Shown: piece after piece, positions 1 to 11,700 of the stretch | Layout of the letters: each line of letters opens with the position of its first letter | How positions within the stretch are numbered: position 1 is the stretch's first letter | Source: Hyphochytrium catenoides | Taxonomy: Eukaryota > Protista > Hyphochytriomycota | DNA length: 64,000 nt | Assembly (NCBI GenBank): GCA_900088475.1 | Contig: FLMG01000943.1 | Location: 57,402 to 121,401 of the forward strand | Direction of reading: 5' to 3' | Made by a program: the position numbers and the translations under genes | The notes under the pieces: model-generated | What the model was told of the DNA's origin: nothing | Seen by the model: the letters and a program-made list of their open reading frames with translations, nothing else | Databases searched by the model: none

Positions 1-1023
1 GAGGTACTTCCTATACTCGGTTATGAACGGCCATTGAGACAATATGCAGATGCACTTTGGCTCGAAGACGCCAGAGCATCTGGCAAAGTATGGGCAGGTA
101 TGACAGATTGAGGAGATCAGAGTACGGTGTGAGTAGTTGGCTGCAGGCAGATCTCGGACAATTATTGTAGGCCAACACGCATAAATACAGGCATAGTGGC
201 AATTTGGTGGGCTGCAGTATCCCGATGAGTAAAGAGAGGCCCTACGAAAAACAGCGACAAGCACCACTTTGAAGAATGCCATTGGGGCAGGGGGGCGGTA
301 TGACTTACAAGCAGTCCTCTTTATGCTCGACATCCTCAGTTTTAAGCGGGGCTGCTCCTTGAGCTTCTTGGTATACAGTTGGGAGCCTTTCGCCTTGGAT
401 CTTATCATGCTGTCCGTCCAACTCGCCGTCCTCTTCCTCCTCCCCGTCCTCGTCCAATGGTTTGCTCGTAAGTCCAGCCATAATCTTTCGCATCTGGTTA
501 CAATGGCGCGGAAGAAGTTTCTCATAGAATGTAATGCAGCAGCCATAGAGGCGCTGTCCTACACCAGACGTTGAGACGAAGGTGAAGTAGCGGGGAGTGG
601 GTGGATTTTTTGTCAGCTTCAAGCCATTTGGGAAACAAAATAGCGCCACTCCTGAAGGAAATGGTGATCCTTCATGGTCTTTAATGGGAAACCTATCAGT
701 TACTTCGGCAGCAAAGCCAAGGTCCAAAACCTGGCTCAGAGACCGCTCGCATGGCTTAACCGGATGGCCTGATGGTGAGACAGGAACCTGATTGGGGGTG
801 TAGAAAGGTTATACAAAGTGTCAATCCATTGTAGATGGTGCTGCAGTCAACTAACAGTCCGGAGAGGTTGCTTGAGACGCTAAGGATGGTGCAAAAAAGT
901 TGCCGATGCTAAGGATGGTGCAAAACGAATAGCTTAACGCCCGCTCACCATATCTCCGCCAATGCCAGTGGTGACAAAGTATTCTGACAAGTGGGCATTT
1001 TTCTTGTTAGTGGGAGAGAACAT
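1..1023 (-). CDS. DENN-domain protein (Rab GEF family), 5' part; continues off the left edge
   Basis: Exons 1023-949 (MFSPTNKKNAHLSEYFVTTGIGGDM), 787-309 (uDENN: DRFPIKDHEGSPFPSGVALFCFPNG...FTFVSTSGVGQRLYGCCITFYE) and 79-1 (DENN core: FEPKCICILSQWPFITEYRKYL). GT-AG introns join in phase 0 and phase 2. Confidence 0.93.
879..925. repeat. 18-bp direct repeat in DENN intron 1
   Basis: gctaaggatggtgcaaaa at 879-896 and 908-925. Confidence 0.85.
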
Positions 1024-1281
1024 CACTCCTCCTGCGGGACTCCCGCTGCAGCAGAAGGTTGATTCTGAATACCAACGGCTGGATACAATCCTCCTACCGC
1101 CGGTCTAGTCTGTTCTCTGCACTGGAGAACGCTCCTACTGTCGCTTCATCTGACACGGCCAGCGACTAGCCCCGAGCGGCACTCCATTAAAGATGAGAGC
1201 AGGACCCTCCGTACTATCAGCTTGCTACTGAGCTATTAAGTCTGGGTGCCGTAGATCTCTGTGTCTCTTCGGTGTTGAACC

Positions 1282-4254
1282 TCACTGATGTCGTTTAGTT
1301 CGGTTCTCCGTCCGCATGCCAGCTGCGGTTAGGCTTAGTCTAGGTTCGCTGCAAACCTTCAAGGCAATAAAATAGCAGAGAGATTCCCTGCTCTGTTTTC
1401 CCAACGGGGGTGCCCTACGCCAGGAGCCATGAGGCTGATCAGTGATGAGGCTACAGAGTGATGAGCCCTGCATGGCCTGAAGGGCGAGCCTAGAGCCTGT
1501 AAAGCTCACCTGTCTCATCATCAAGAGACATGTTATTTCTCAGCAATCAAGAGAAACGGTAAAGATCACCTTCAAAGTTCCATGGTGATAACTGTATGAT
1601 ATAGCGTTAGCGGCTATCTGGGCATCCCATTATTAATCGCTCATCAGCATTTCTCTTCTTCTGCTGCACGATGGGATAGACTCGCCAAGCCTTGACATAC
1701 TTTATAAATGGTTAGACCTCGTCAAAGGTGTAAGCCGCACCATCATCAGCTAAAAGGAAAATGTGACATCTACATCCAGCCTCAGTCATAGGTCGTCTTT
1801 GATTTGTCGCAGCATCCCAGGTCATCTGGAGCTTCATCACATTCAAACCAGCTTTTTCTTTCGTATAAGTGTTAAACTCCTTATGTAGGAGGGAAAGGAA
1901 AACCTCAAAAAGCTGCAAGAAGGAGGAGGCGTGACTCTTGCTACTGCTATGCCTCGCTCACTAACCGCATTCTATCATAGGTTTTCCTCTGTCCAACGCG
2001 GTATTCATTAGGGATAAAGTGGTGTAAGTCGGTGTTTCGCATCATCGTCCAATAGTCGGGTGAAGAGGGTCAAATTCAACCAGGTCCGTTAGGAATACTT
2101 CCGCCGTGGCTTGTAATGGTCTTTAAGGTAGAAACCGCCTGCGGTTGCAGTACATAACACCGTTGCGTTGCGGGCAGCAAGTAGCACACTTCCTACAGTC
2201 ATCAAAATGAGAATAATGTCCTCTAGCAAAAGAAGTGGTGGTACGGAAGAGCAGGAGATGTGGGGTACAACCGGTATTGATATGCCAACCAGGTGTACAC
2301 TAGGAGGGGTACTTACTTCTAAAGAGGTAAGTCGGAGCAGCTGCTGTCAAGAAAAGTGCCGAATAGAAGAGCTCAGGGTGGGTACGGCGGAATCCATCAG
2401 CCTCGTGGAAATCTGTCCTCCATGACCTTGGTGTTAGTAAAGAGTTGCTTTTGGGATATAGGTCAAGCACGGACCAAAAGTACGTACAGTATTGCGCGGA
2501 CCGGAAGGATGACTCTAACGGCTGAAGCTGCGTCTTTACTTCTTCTGCAGTCCGTTGTAGCATTTGCTAGAGTCCGTCTGAGTCAAGGTACTAGTCCAAA
2601 GGTACGCTAACGTGCTCACCTCCTCTTGCACCAAAATCCGGTTCAGTTTCTGCCTTCCAGAGGCAATGTACTGTCGAAGAAAAGTCCCTTCGCCCTCAGG
2701 ATCATAAGACCGAGTAAAGTCAACCGCAAACTTTGTGGTCTCCGCTACGGAGTCCTTTACGCTCTTCCACATCTGTTGCCATCGTAACCAAACAATCATA
2801 CGCAGGTTGAGCTACGCTATAGTATAATGAGTACTCTCCCCAAGGGGGCGGTGTAAATGCAACCTCACTGGAGTCCTCACCACCCATACAGCCATCAATA
2901 AAAAAAAAGAAAAGTATAATGAGTACAAGGTCTCACCTTTGAGGCTTCGTCTCTGACAGGTGAGATCCGCTTATTTATGTCATCCACCCCATCCTTCACT
3001 CTGGTAGACACAGCCTCTTGAGCGTCCGAGAACTGCATGTAAGAGCAGAGAACCGTCAGCCTCTATCTTGTTAATGCTGCACGGGGTACGGCGCAACCTG
3101 CCTTCTGATTAGCTGCCTCCCTTATATTACTTGGAGAGAGTCGTTCAGGCTCCTCCTTCCTTAGGTTCTGCCTTGGTTTTGTTTCAACCTCTGGGGAGTG
3201 CGACGACGAGGCATTGCTTGCCATCTTGGTGCTGTAGGGTGAGTCCTAGTGGGACTTAACTGTCACTCCTTTTACTCTTTTACACTTGCCACTCTCTTCC
3301 AGAGGCACTAGAAGGTGACTTAGATCAATACGCAGCAAATTAGTCGCGTGTAGTTGTGGTACCTGCCTCGCTTGATGATCTCGCAGAGCGCTTCCAAGCT
3401 TCCGTCTTCACAAGCCAGGTCAAGAAGTTGTGCCCTTGAGACACGCTTCGTCAGGCTTTTCTTGTCCTTGGACCTTGGACTTTGTTTCCCAATAAAAAGC
3501 CCGAGTCCTGCAGTCACGTCGCCGTGAAGAGAGTCTGTAGGCTATGGTCTCGAGTCTCTCTCCTACGGTACTTTACTAACAGACGATCGGGAAGCTAGCT
3601 GTCCTACTCCCCCGCCTTTATGTGAAGATCCCGTCAAGGGTATCGTACACCGTGTAACGTGATGTTCGCGTCGAGTCAAAGCTGTACCGCGGATACTGTA
3701 TATTCCAGTCAAGGTGTTCAGCTTCAGAACAGACCTCAATACTAGGCGTATTATTCTGAATAGAGGGACTGTATACATCCGTTTCCTCATCTGTTCCATT
3801 AACCAATGTCAAAGGTCTGGCAGCTGATGATCACACACAACCTTTCACCTTCTCCCTCACTCACCGTGTAGTGCCTTTCATGAAGGTAGGGAGACTCGGC
3901 TTGGAGCTCTTCTCATCTTGGTTCAGCTGGGGTGTAAGCCAATGTTGGGCGCCTGGCTATGCCACATATAGAGACCACCCACGTTGAGCAGAAGCTCTAG
4001 TGAAGCATCCCGCCATCAGGGAGCGGTAAGTAAAGCGCTAGGGCGACGTGGTGGTGTTAAGGGCAATGCCAATGGGAGCGAAAGGTAGGAGCCGCATTGA
4101 GTCCTTCTAACCTTCTTCTGCGGTATGGGGCCCTTACCCCGTACTCTTGAGCAACCGGCGACCATGAAGCAAGAACCGCGGCGTGATGGATCTGGTAGGG
4201 TTCCACCTTCTCGGTCAGATGGTCATTCTCCACATCTTGACACTGTGGACACAA
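1282..4254 (-). CDS. Multi-exon hypothetical protein; both ends uncertain
   Basis: Chain of minus-strand ORF pieces with GT-AG boundaries. Phase-consistent joins: ...AQEYG|PGAQHWLTPQ...KGTTR|PLTLVNGTDEE. Further protein-like exons lie at ~2770-2620 (MWKSVKDSVAETTKFAVDF), ~2560-2320 and ~1915-1715. No domain recognised. Confidence 0.6.
2821..2926 (+). mobile_element. 5'-truncated non-LTR (LINE/SINE-type) retro-insertion, 78 bp plus 14-bp TSDs
   Basis: Identical agtataatgagtac at 2821-2834 and 2913-2926 flanks an insert ending in caataaaaaaaaagaaa. It lies inside intron ~2771-2936 of the minus-strand gene. Confidence 0.8.
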
Positions 4255-4290
4255 AATGGTGCTTTGGTTTGACGACCGTTTACTAGGAGG

Positions 4291-7200
4291 ATGAGGTCAT
4301 CGGTAAACTCTTCCCCTAGGCTCCCTCCACCCTCTGGCTCGCCTAGAGTGGACAGTCAGGCCATAAGCGCTCAGGCACGAAAGCACGAAGCCACGAATTC
4401 TGCTACAATGCACCCCACCTCTTCACCTAGACTTCCATCCCTTGATCCTTCTATACCATCAGCGATGTCCCATCAGCATTGTCCGGTAGCTGACCTTGCC
4501 TTCCACTCGGAGAAGCAGGCGGTGCCCTCCCGTACCTTCTCAAAGAGGGAGAATCTCAGAGGACCAGTATTGGCTCCACTTATACATGCGGCACCGCTAA
4601 ACAGGCAGTGTCTGAATCTTTCACAAAAAGACCAGACACGGCATACTGAAGATGCAGAAGGTGCATCTTCAAGCGAAGGTGACAGCGACACCGCTTCTTG
4701 CTACTGTTCTGCGGGAGAGCAGCTGATGGAAGATAATGTGCAGTTGCTAATTGCAAGAAGCCTGGAGAACTACTCAGAACACAGCCCCTATAAGGCTAGT
4801 AATAGCTCTGGAAACTCTTTGAAATCCCCTAGACGAAGGAAAGGCCCTAACTCACCCCGAAAATTGCTGAGCAAAGATGGCAATGATGAGCTGGGTCCGT
4901 CTCAAAATGTAGAAGCGCCAAGACGCAACGAGCCTCCTACTTTACAGGGAAGTGCGTTAAGGAAAAAGAAGAAACGTGCCAACTCTGTTCGTGACTACCT
5001 CCGCTACACCCCTGAGGAGGAGATACCTTTCCCAGGTAAGAGGAAGAAAGTCCTCTAGAGAGGGTTGTGAAAGCGCACCACCACTCTTGTGGGCTCATTC
5101 TTTCGTCCTCTTCCTTCTCCCATATTTCTCTTGTTCCTCCAGTCAGTCCCAATCAACCAAGCTCAGGCAGGCTACTACTTCAGAACACCTCTTCTAACAG
5201 TGCAGTGGCTTTCAAGGTTAAAACCACTGCCCCTAATCGCTATCAAATCAAGCCCCCAATGGGCATCATTGGGCCTCTATGCCAATTTGCTATTGAATGT
5301 AAGCAAAGGTTCTAATACTCATCGTTCACCGTCGAACTACTGGCTGCGGCCTGCAATGTCTTCGTGTCCATCTCTCACCCTGCCTCCCCACTTGCATATA
5401 TCCCCATTCGTTCCTTACGGCCTTGGGCTTTCTTCTTCTATCTACAGTCATCATTCCTGCCACAGAAACGGAAGCTTTGTTATTCCCAATTGGGTCAAGA
5501 GGCACCACAACGAAAGGGCTTATTCCTTCACTTTATGGGAAAGACAAGTTTCTGGTCCAGAGCGCCATACTTGAAGAACAGGACTTTGGTGCAGAGAGCA
5601 AGCAAAAGACCCTCAATTCAGTGGTAAGCGATAGGGCTTAAGCGCTGCAGTTCTTTTGGGCCAGTTGACTTGGCGGACATCAAATTGGCTTCCTTTTCAA
5701 TGTCACTGATGTAGTGTGAAGTTCATTTAATCTTCGTTTTCATTGGCGTTTGGCTTTGGGATCTGATAGCTTCACGCAGTGGATGACGACTCGATGGAAG
5801 AACAAGACAGTGGAGAGGAAGTTCAAATCAAAACACTTTCAGCAAGTAGTAGTCTCTGACGACAGCGATAGCTCGGAGGGTGATGGTAGAAAGATTGAGA
5901 CCACCAAGGTCATGGCTGAGCGCGAGTTGCAACGAGAACCGCGGAAGAGGATGGCGAACCAGCCTTTGGGGCCATCGACCGCTAACCTAGACCGAGTTGG
6001 TTGCGGTAGCCTCCCAGGAACTGACGGACTCTTCAATACAATGACCTCTCCTCATGGTCCTTCCCCAGCTGCAAATGGAATAGCATGGGCCTCAATTGCA
6101 GAAACTCGTGAGTCTTCCCTTAAACCGAAACATGCTGCACAACCAACAAATCAGCCAAATAGGATCATTGGGGATAAGGAGCCAGGCAGACAAGAGGCAA
6201 CCTCCTCTTGGAAGAGAGAAGCACTCTCCTCCGAGGCGATACAATCGCCAGACGAGAGCTCACGCAAACTTGCCAACACAATGGAGAAGCTAGTGTCTTG
6301 GCTGTGCTATTCGTATGAAACTGCGAATCGCGACCATATCGGCGTGACAGCTCTTCCAAGGTGGGGTAGCGCCTTATGAAAGCTTCTCACTTTTTGAATC
6401 TGCTCGCGATCTCGCATAACTTACCCGCCTATACCTGCCAACCTATGTATCGTTGCAGGGTCGTTGGGGAGGTTCGTGACTTCCTGTCATCGCTTTCAAG
6501 TGGCACTCCTCTAGAGTTCTTCAAGGCCCGTGATGTTGCGAATTTTCCTGAGATGGTACTATCACCTGAGCGTTGTGCTGCCACCCTCGAAGCGGTCATC
6601 CAAAGCTTAAAGAATATCTTATCAGCTTTTCTAGCAGACCTTGCTGGTGGAGAAGTGGCTATCGAGCTATTTGGCCAGCAAGGACTATTGCTCGTGCGGG
6701 AGAGAAATGTGCTGAGCATAGATAGGGGCTTAAAAAAAGTTATTGACCTCATGCACCGGAGACGCCCAAAGAACAATCAAGAAACACCAGGAGGCAATCG
6801 AAGGAAACAACGAAATAGGCGACAGTCAGATAAAGTTGTTGAGAGCATGCCACACAATGACGGAAAAAGCATTGAAAGAAGCCAGACATTGCCAAAGAAG
6901 GATTACGCACGCCATGGTACTGGTAGTAGGCGACGATCACGGAAAGAGAGCTCCAGAGTAAGTAGGAACCGCGATGGTTTTGTCCTTTCTCTTCTCCACA
7001 ATGCAAGCACTTTTCGTAGCATTCGCATCTCTGCCTACTCACTTTGAAGTTACCGGTACAGCCGCGTTGGTCCACATCACTCCTTGCTCTCGAGATGCAA
7101 CAACATTAACCGTTTGCCAAGCTATTGAGCACGCCCATCTTCTTCACCAAAGTCCGTACAAGCCAATGATCTAGTCCAATAACCTTGTTCCTCTCCGAAT

Positions 7201-8786
7201 TTCCTTGGTTGGGTTAAGCCCAAAGGTGAAGTGAATTCTGGCTCCAATTATTTGCTCACGGCTCTTTCCAAATACTTCAACAGTCTCGAGGTCTTGAGTC
7301 AGCCGAGGAAGAGGACGAAGGCAGCAGCAGTGGGATGTTTAATGACGATGGATCGTCTACCTCGAGCTCAAGACAGCGTTATCTAGGTAGTCCTAGAAGA
7401 AGACGCAGGGATTCTCGTCTCGGTGGTAAACACGAACCAGGCGGAGAAGAGGGCAGCTCTGACAACTCATGTCCGACCCAAAGGGAGAAGCCCAAGGCCT
7501 ATGCTAAGGTCACAAAGCCAAATCTGGTCTTTCGAGCAATTGCCCTTGATTGGCTCCTGGATGCGAGGAACTACCTCTATCGTGACACTAAAAGAATAGG
7601 AAAGGAACATGATGGGCCGACGGTTATAGAGGACGCAACAAGTGGCAAACTGAAGCAGAATGAAGGTGAATCATCTTCCACGTCCACCAACTGGCTCCGA
7701 GCTTTATCTCTTTATAGGGCGGAATGCCAGGAGGCTCTGTCTCTGGGATTATGTGGAATGACCCTACTGGCTTTCGTTCAGCTTATTCTATCGTCGGAGG
7801 AGGAACTGGCCTCTATTTGGGACGCGGTAGAAATAAACTGCAGATTGCGCCTAGAAGAGAGCAAATGCAACATCCAGTTACTGCGAGACACAGAAGCCTT
7901 GACGATCCCATCTCCCTCCTCTGCCCGCTCTAACTCCACTAACGGGTCTTCCTCCTCGTCTGGTCCTGCTTCAGTGTCTGTCTTGGACATCAACAGAGAA
8001 GAGTTGTCTCTTTTGGTGGAAAATAAGGAACATATTGATGTGAACAGTCATGATAATGTTCTCCAGTCGGCGTTGAAGGATGAGAAAGAGCAAAAGACTA
8101 GGTTGGAAGAGGTTCTTCGCAAAAGGCAAAGAATTGGAAAGAAAGCTCAATCCACCACAACCCTTCTCGCTGAAGCCTTTCTGGCCCTGGACGATATATC
8201 AGAATCTGTTACGGCTACGCTGTTTGGTCTTCAGAAGTTCTCGGGAGAGAGTATTCGGACCCTTGCTTCAGAAAGAGGTCTCTTAGAGTTTCCTCCAATG
8301 ACCGTCGTGGCAGTCAATGATGCTCGCAGAAGCTACCACTTGGGTTTCCCCTTAGTTGACGTGGACAAAGAATCTTTATTATCCAGTTGTCGTCTCCATG
8401 GTACTGAGCCTGGAGTAAGCCCACCTCCTGACGTTGGGAAAGAAGAGACAGAAGAGGTGCCGCCTATAACAGATCTCTCAGGCAGCAGAGTTTGTGCTCC
8501 CTACGTTGAGACGACAGTGTCTGCCTGTGCTACTCCCCTCCTCACAGTCAAAGCTTTGGCTGCCTATGAAGCGATAGATGATAGTGAATTGCCCCTTCTT
8601 GAAGGCGATCTACTCACAGTAAGGACTCAGGATCCTAGCGGCTGGTGGTATGGAACTAATAATGGCACTGGGAGAAGCGGGTGGTTCCCCTCCACATTTG
8701 TGCAGGTAGCATATGATCTATGGACAATTATGGAGACTGGCACCCCGCGATCCGAAGACTGGGACGATCAGACACCACGACGGTAG
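4291..8786 (+). CDS. MSP (VAP-type) domain plus C-terminal SH3 domain protein, ~1219 aa, 6 exons
   Basis: Exons 4291-5035, 5143-5298, 5448-5623, 5780-6360, 6459-6957 and 7284-8786 sum to 3660 nt in frame. MSP signature AVAFKVKTTAPNRYQIKPPMGII and DKFLVQS. SH3 signature VKALAAYEAIDDSELPLLEGDLLTVRTQDPSGWWYG...GWFPSTFV. Confidence 0.85.
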
Positions 8787-11700
8787 CGTTGATTAGACTG
8801 CCAGATTTTGTCGGTCCAGACAATATCTATACCTAAAGAAGGTATCAATGGGACAACCAAGGAAGACACATCAATAATATATTGGTGGCTCACCCCTGTT
8901 CTGGTGGTTAAGCTTGCAGGATAAGGGGAACAGTAGCAGGTGGTGGATTTAAAGCTAGAGATGTGATCCATCAACGACGCTTTCAGGGCTACCCTCAAGT
9001 GCTTTGCATTTGCAGCTGCTACCTGATGATTGAAGCTAACAGTCTGGTCGTGTAAGAGATTACCAAGGGTAGTCACATCTACTAGTTGATATAGCTACCG
9101 CCAAGGTTACGGAACAGACCTCAGGGTTCAAGCAGGAACTGTCTGTGACCGACTTAGGAAAATCGGGCAATTTGGTCTGACTGCGTAGTCAGTTGGTGGC
9201 TCATTCGACTTCTATTAGACAAAAGCTCTCTCGGAAGACCATAATGTTGGAAGGGGGGCTTAAGCTAAACCTTCGCATTGCCGTCACGTCTCCATGGGCC
9301 ATAGTAGAGAGGCACATAACCCGATCTTAGACCATTGGACCTCTGGGACAACCTTTTGCAGACGGCCAAGAACCGGACGCGGAGGAACCTATGTAGTTTA
9401 TTTATTAAATGCGCGTACGTTGAGGTGATAGTACGACAAACCACTCCGTGTCACTTGCGAAGATCCTCCTCAGACTCAAATTTTATTCACCGTGCTCGAC
9501 TGCATATCTTCATTTCGCTGAACGATGATACAGCCTATCCACTCTTTCCTTGATATTGCGAGTTCTTCGGACCTCGAGCACTAGTCCGTTGTTTACCTTT
9601 CTTAGACCATTCCTTAGCAGATGTGGCTAACCTCCACTCCACATACTCCCGTTATCAAGACTTAGTGTTTGGTACTCACGAAAAAAGTGCATGCCGTGCA
9701 ACGACCGATTAGCTAACGGCGGGCGAAGCTCCTAGTCGTTTTATCGAGCCTGCTTTAAGGACATATGGCTCCCATCACAACCCCATACTACATCCTCTTG
9801 GGGGTAATATACCTGGCTTCTGTCAGAGCCAATATGTGCCCCTACTCTCTTTGGAACAGCAGTGATGATGAATGCACCAGGGTAGCGACCCTGGAGCACC
9901 CACTTACGGGAGCCCAACTCCTGTAGATAGATACGCGTCACCCGCAGTGTCTCGGATATACAGTCAGTCAGAAGTCGACGCCAGTTCCGTCAACAACGAA
10001 GACGGAGAAAGAAGGCCTCCTTCGATTGATTGGAGTGAGACATGTGGTGGGCGTGGGACGATCGGCATCATCATCATCTTCAATCATCACCATCAGATCC
10101 TACATGTATAGACCAACAAACGTTTTGAGGTGAAAGGGGATACCCGATCGAAGTCTTAAATTGCCTGTCCTTTGTTAAAATGTATGATATGATGTTGCTG
10201 GGTAGTAAGAAGGTTGGTGGTGGTAATGACTCGTGTCACTGGTACCGTAGTGGAGCGGCCAGCGCTTATGCGTCATCACTCTGGATTCGTTCCTGCTTTG
10301 TTTCGAAAATCAGGAGCCAGTCCTGTGCGATCACTGGCTCCCTGATGATGCACTCTCTGTTCCATCGTTCTTCAGTTCCCTGTTCACAAACATGTCAACC
10401 ATCATTCTCCAAGGGAGTCCGACTAGTGTGTTTGGACTCGATGAGAGACAGTGCACCTTGAGTTCTGGCGCAGCTTGGGGCCTGATGACGCGTGCAAACA
10501 CATACCGTTCCTCGTAGCGCTGCAAACTACTATCGAACTACTGTACAGTGCAGCTTCTTGTCCGTGTATACAGATGCAATGTTATGGCTTGCACATAGCT
10601 AGCGAGGACGCTCGAAAATAATAGTTGGTTCTACCCAAGAGTACTTTGATCTGAAGTATATATGGTCCCCTTGGACGAAGAAGGATCGCGTGCGTAAATC
10701 CCTCCCAAGAAGGATCGCCATCAGAGCGTACATCCTCCTCCCTCCTAGCTGCCAAGGTGCATCAGCCATCAATAATATGTACGGCTAAGGAATGTTTGCA
10801 GAATATCACCAGCAGATAATGCCACAGTTGCTCCATTGTACTGTACCTCAGCCGATGATATGACGCGAACAGCGACTACCATTACTTCTTTTGTCTGACC
10901 CTCACCTTTACTGCGGTACCGTGACGAGGCTTATATCTGCAGCGTAGTCCTGGAACGTAGAGTAGTACTTTTCGAGCGCACCCAGGGGTCAGATGCCTCT
11001 CAGGTTGTTGGGTGGTGTGGGCTGATGAACACAACGCATGGGTTCCATGTGTTCTACTGGAACTCCGTTTTGCATCAGGGACGAATATACGTTCTCTCTC
11101 ATACTGTCTAAAATAGTAAGCACTAGTACTCTGGAGGTTAGGTAGGCCGGGTATGCAAGAGACCAGTCCGAATAAGAAAGTATAATCAGGTTCGTTCCCT
11201 GTCGAACCTGCCAAAGTAGTGCCAGACTACAGTGGGACAAGTAAGGCTTAGTAGTTCTAGGTTTAATATTTGCCCTGTAAATTTAGAGGCCCGTAGGAGG
11301 TAGGAGAGGGACCCTATTATAAGCGTGCTATAACAAAGTCAACCAGGGCAAAATGATGTTACTGTGTGCCTATTGGTGACCATCGACCTCAATGATCTTT
11401 GCTCTGGATGGCCGTCATCTCAGATCCTACTGGTCAGTAGGTAGATGATAGGTGCTGCACTACTGTATATACAGTGACGATAAGAACTCATGTTGGTTTC
11501 TACGTACAGTTATTCTCAAGCAGTCTAAATAAAACGGATACGGATCTTCTGATCACTACGGTAGAGAGGGACTGTCGTTCGAAAAGGATGACGCTTATAG
11601 CGTCCTTTTGTGACGTCTGACGAGCGGGCAGACCCCAAGCCCCTTTAATGGGTGCAGTACTTGTAAAAAGGAGACCTTCACATATAGAAACGTTAACAGC

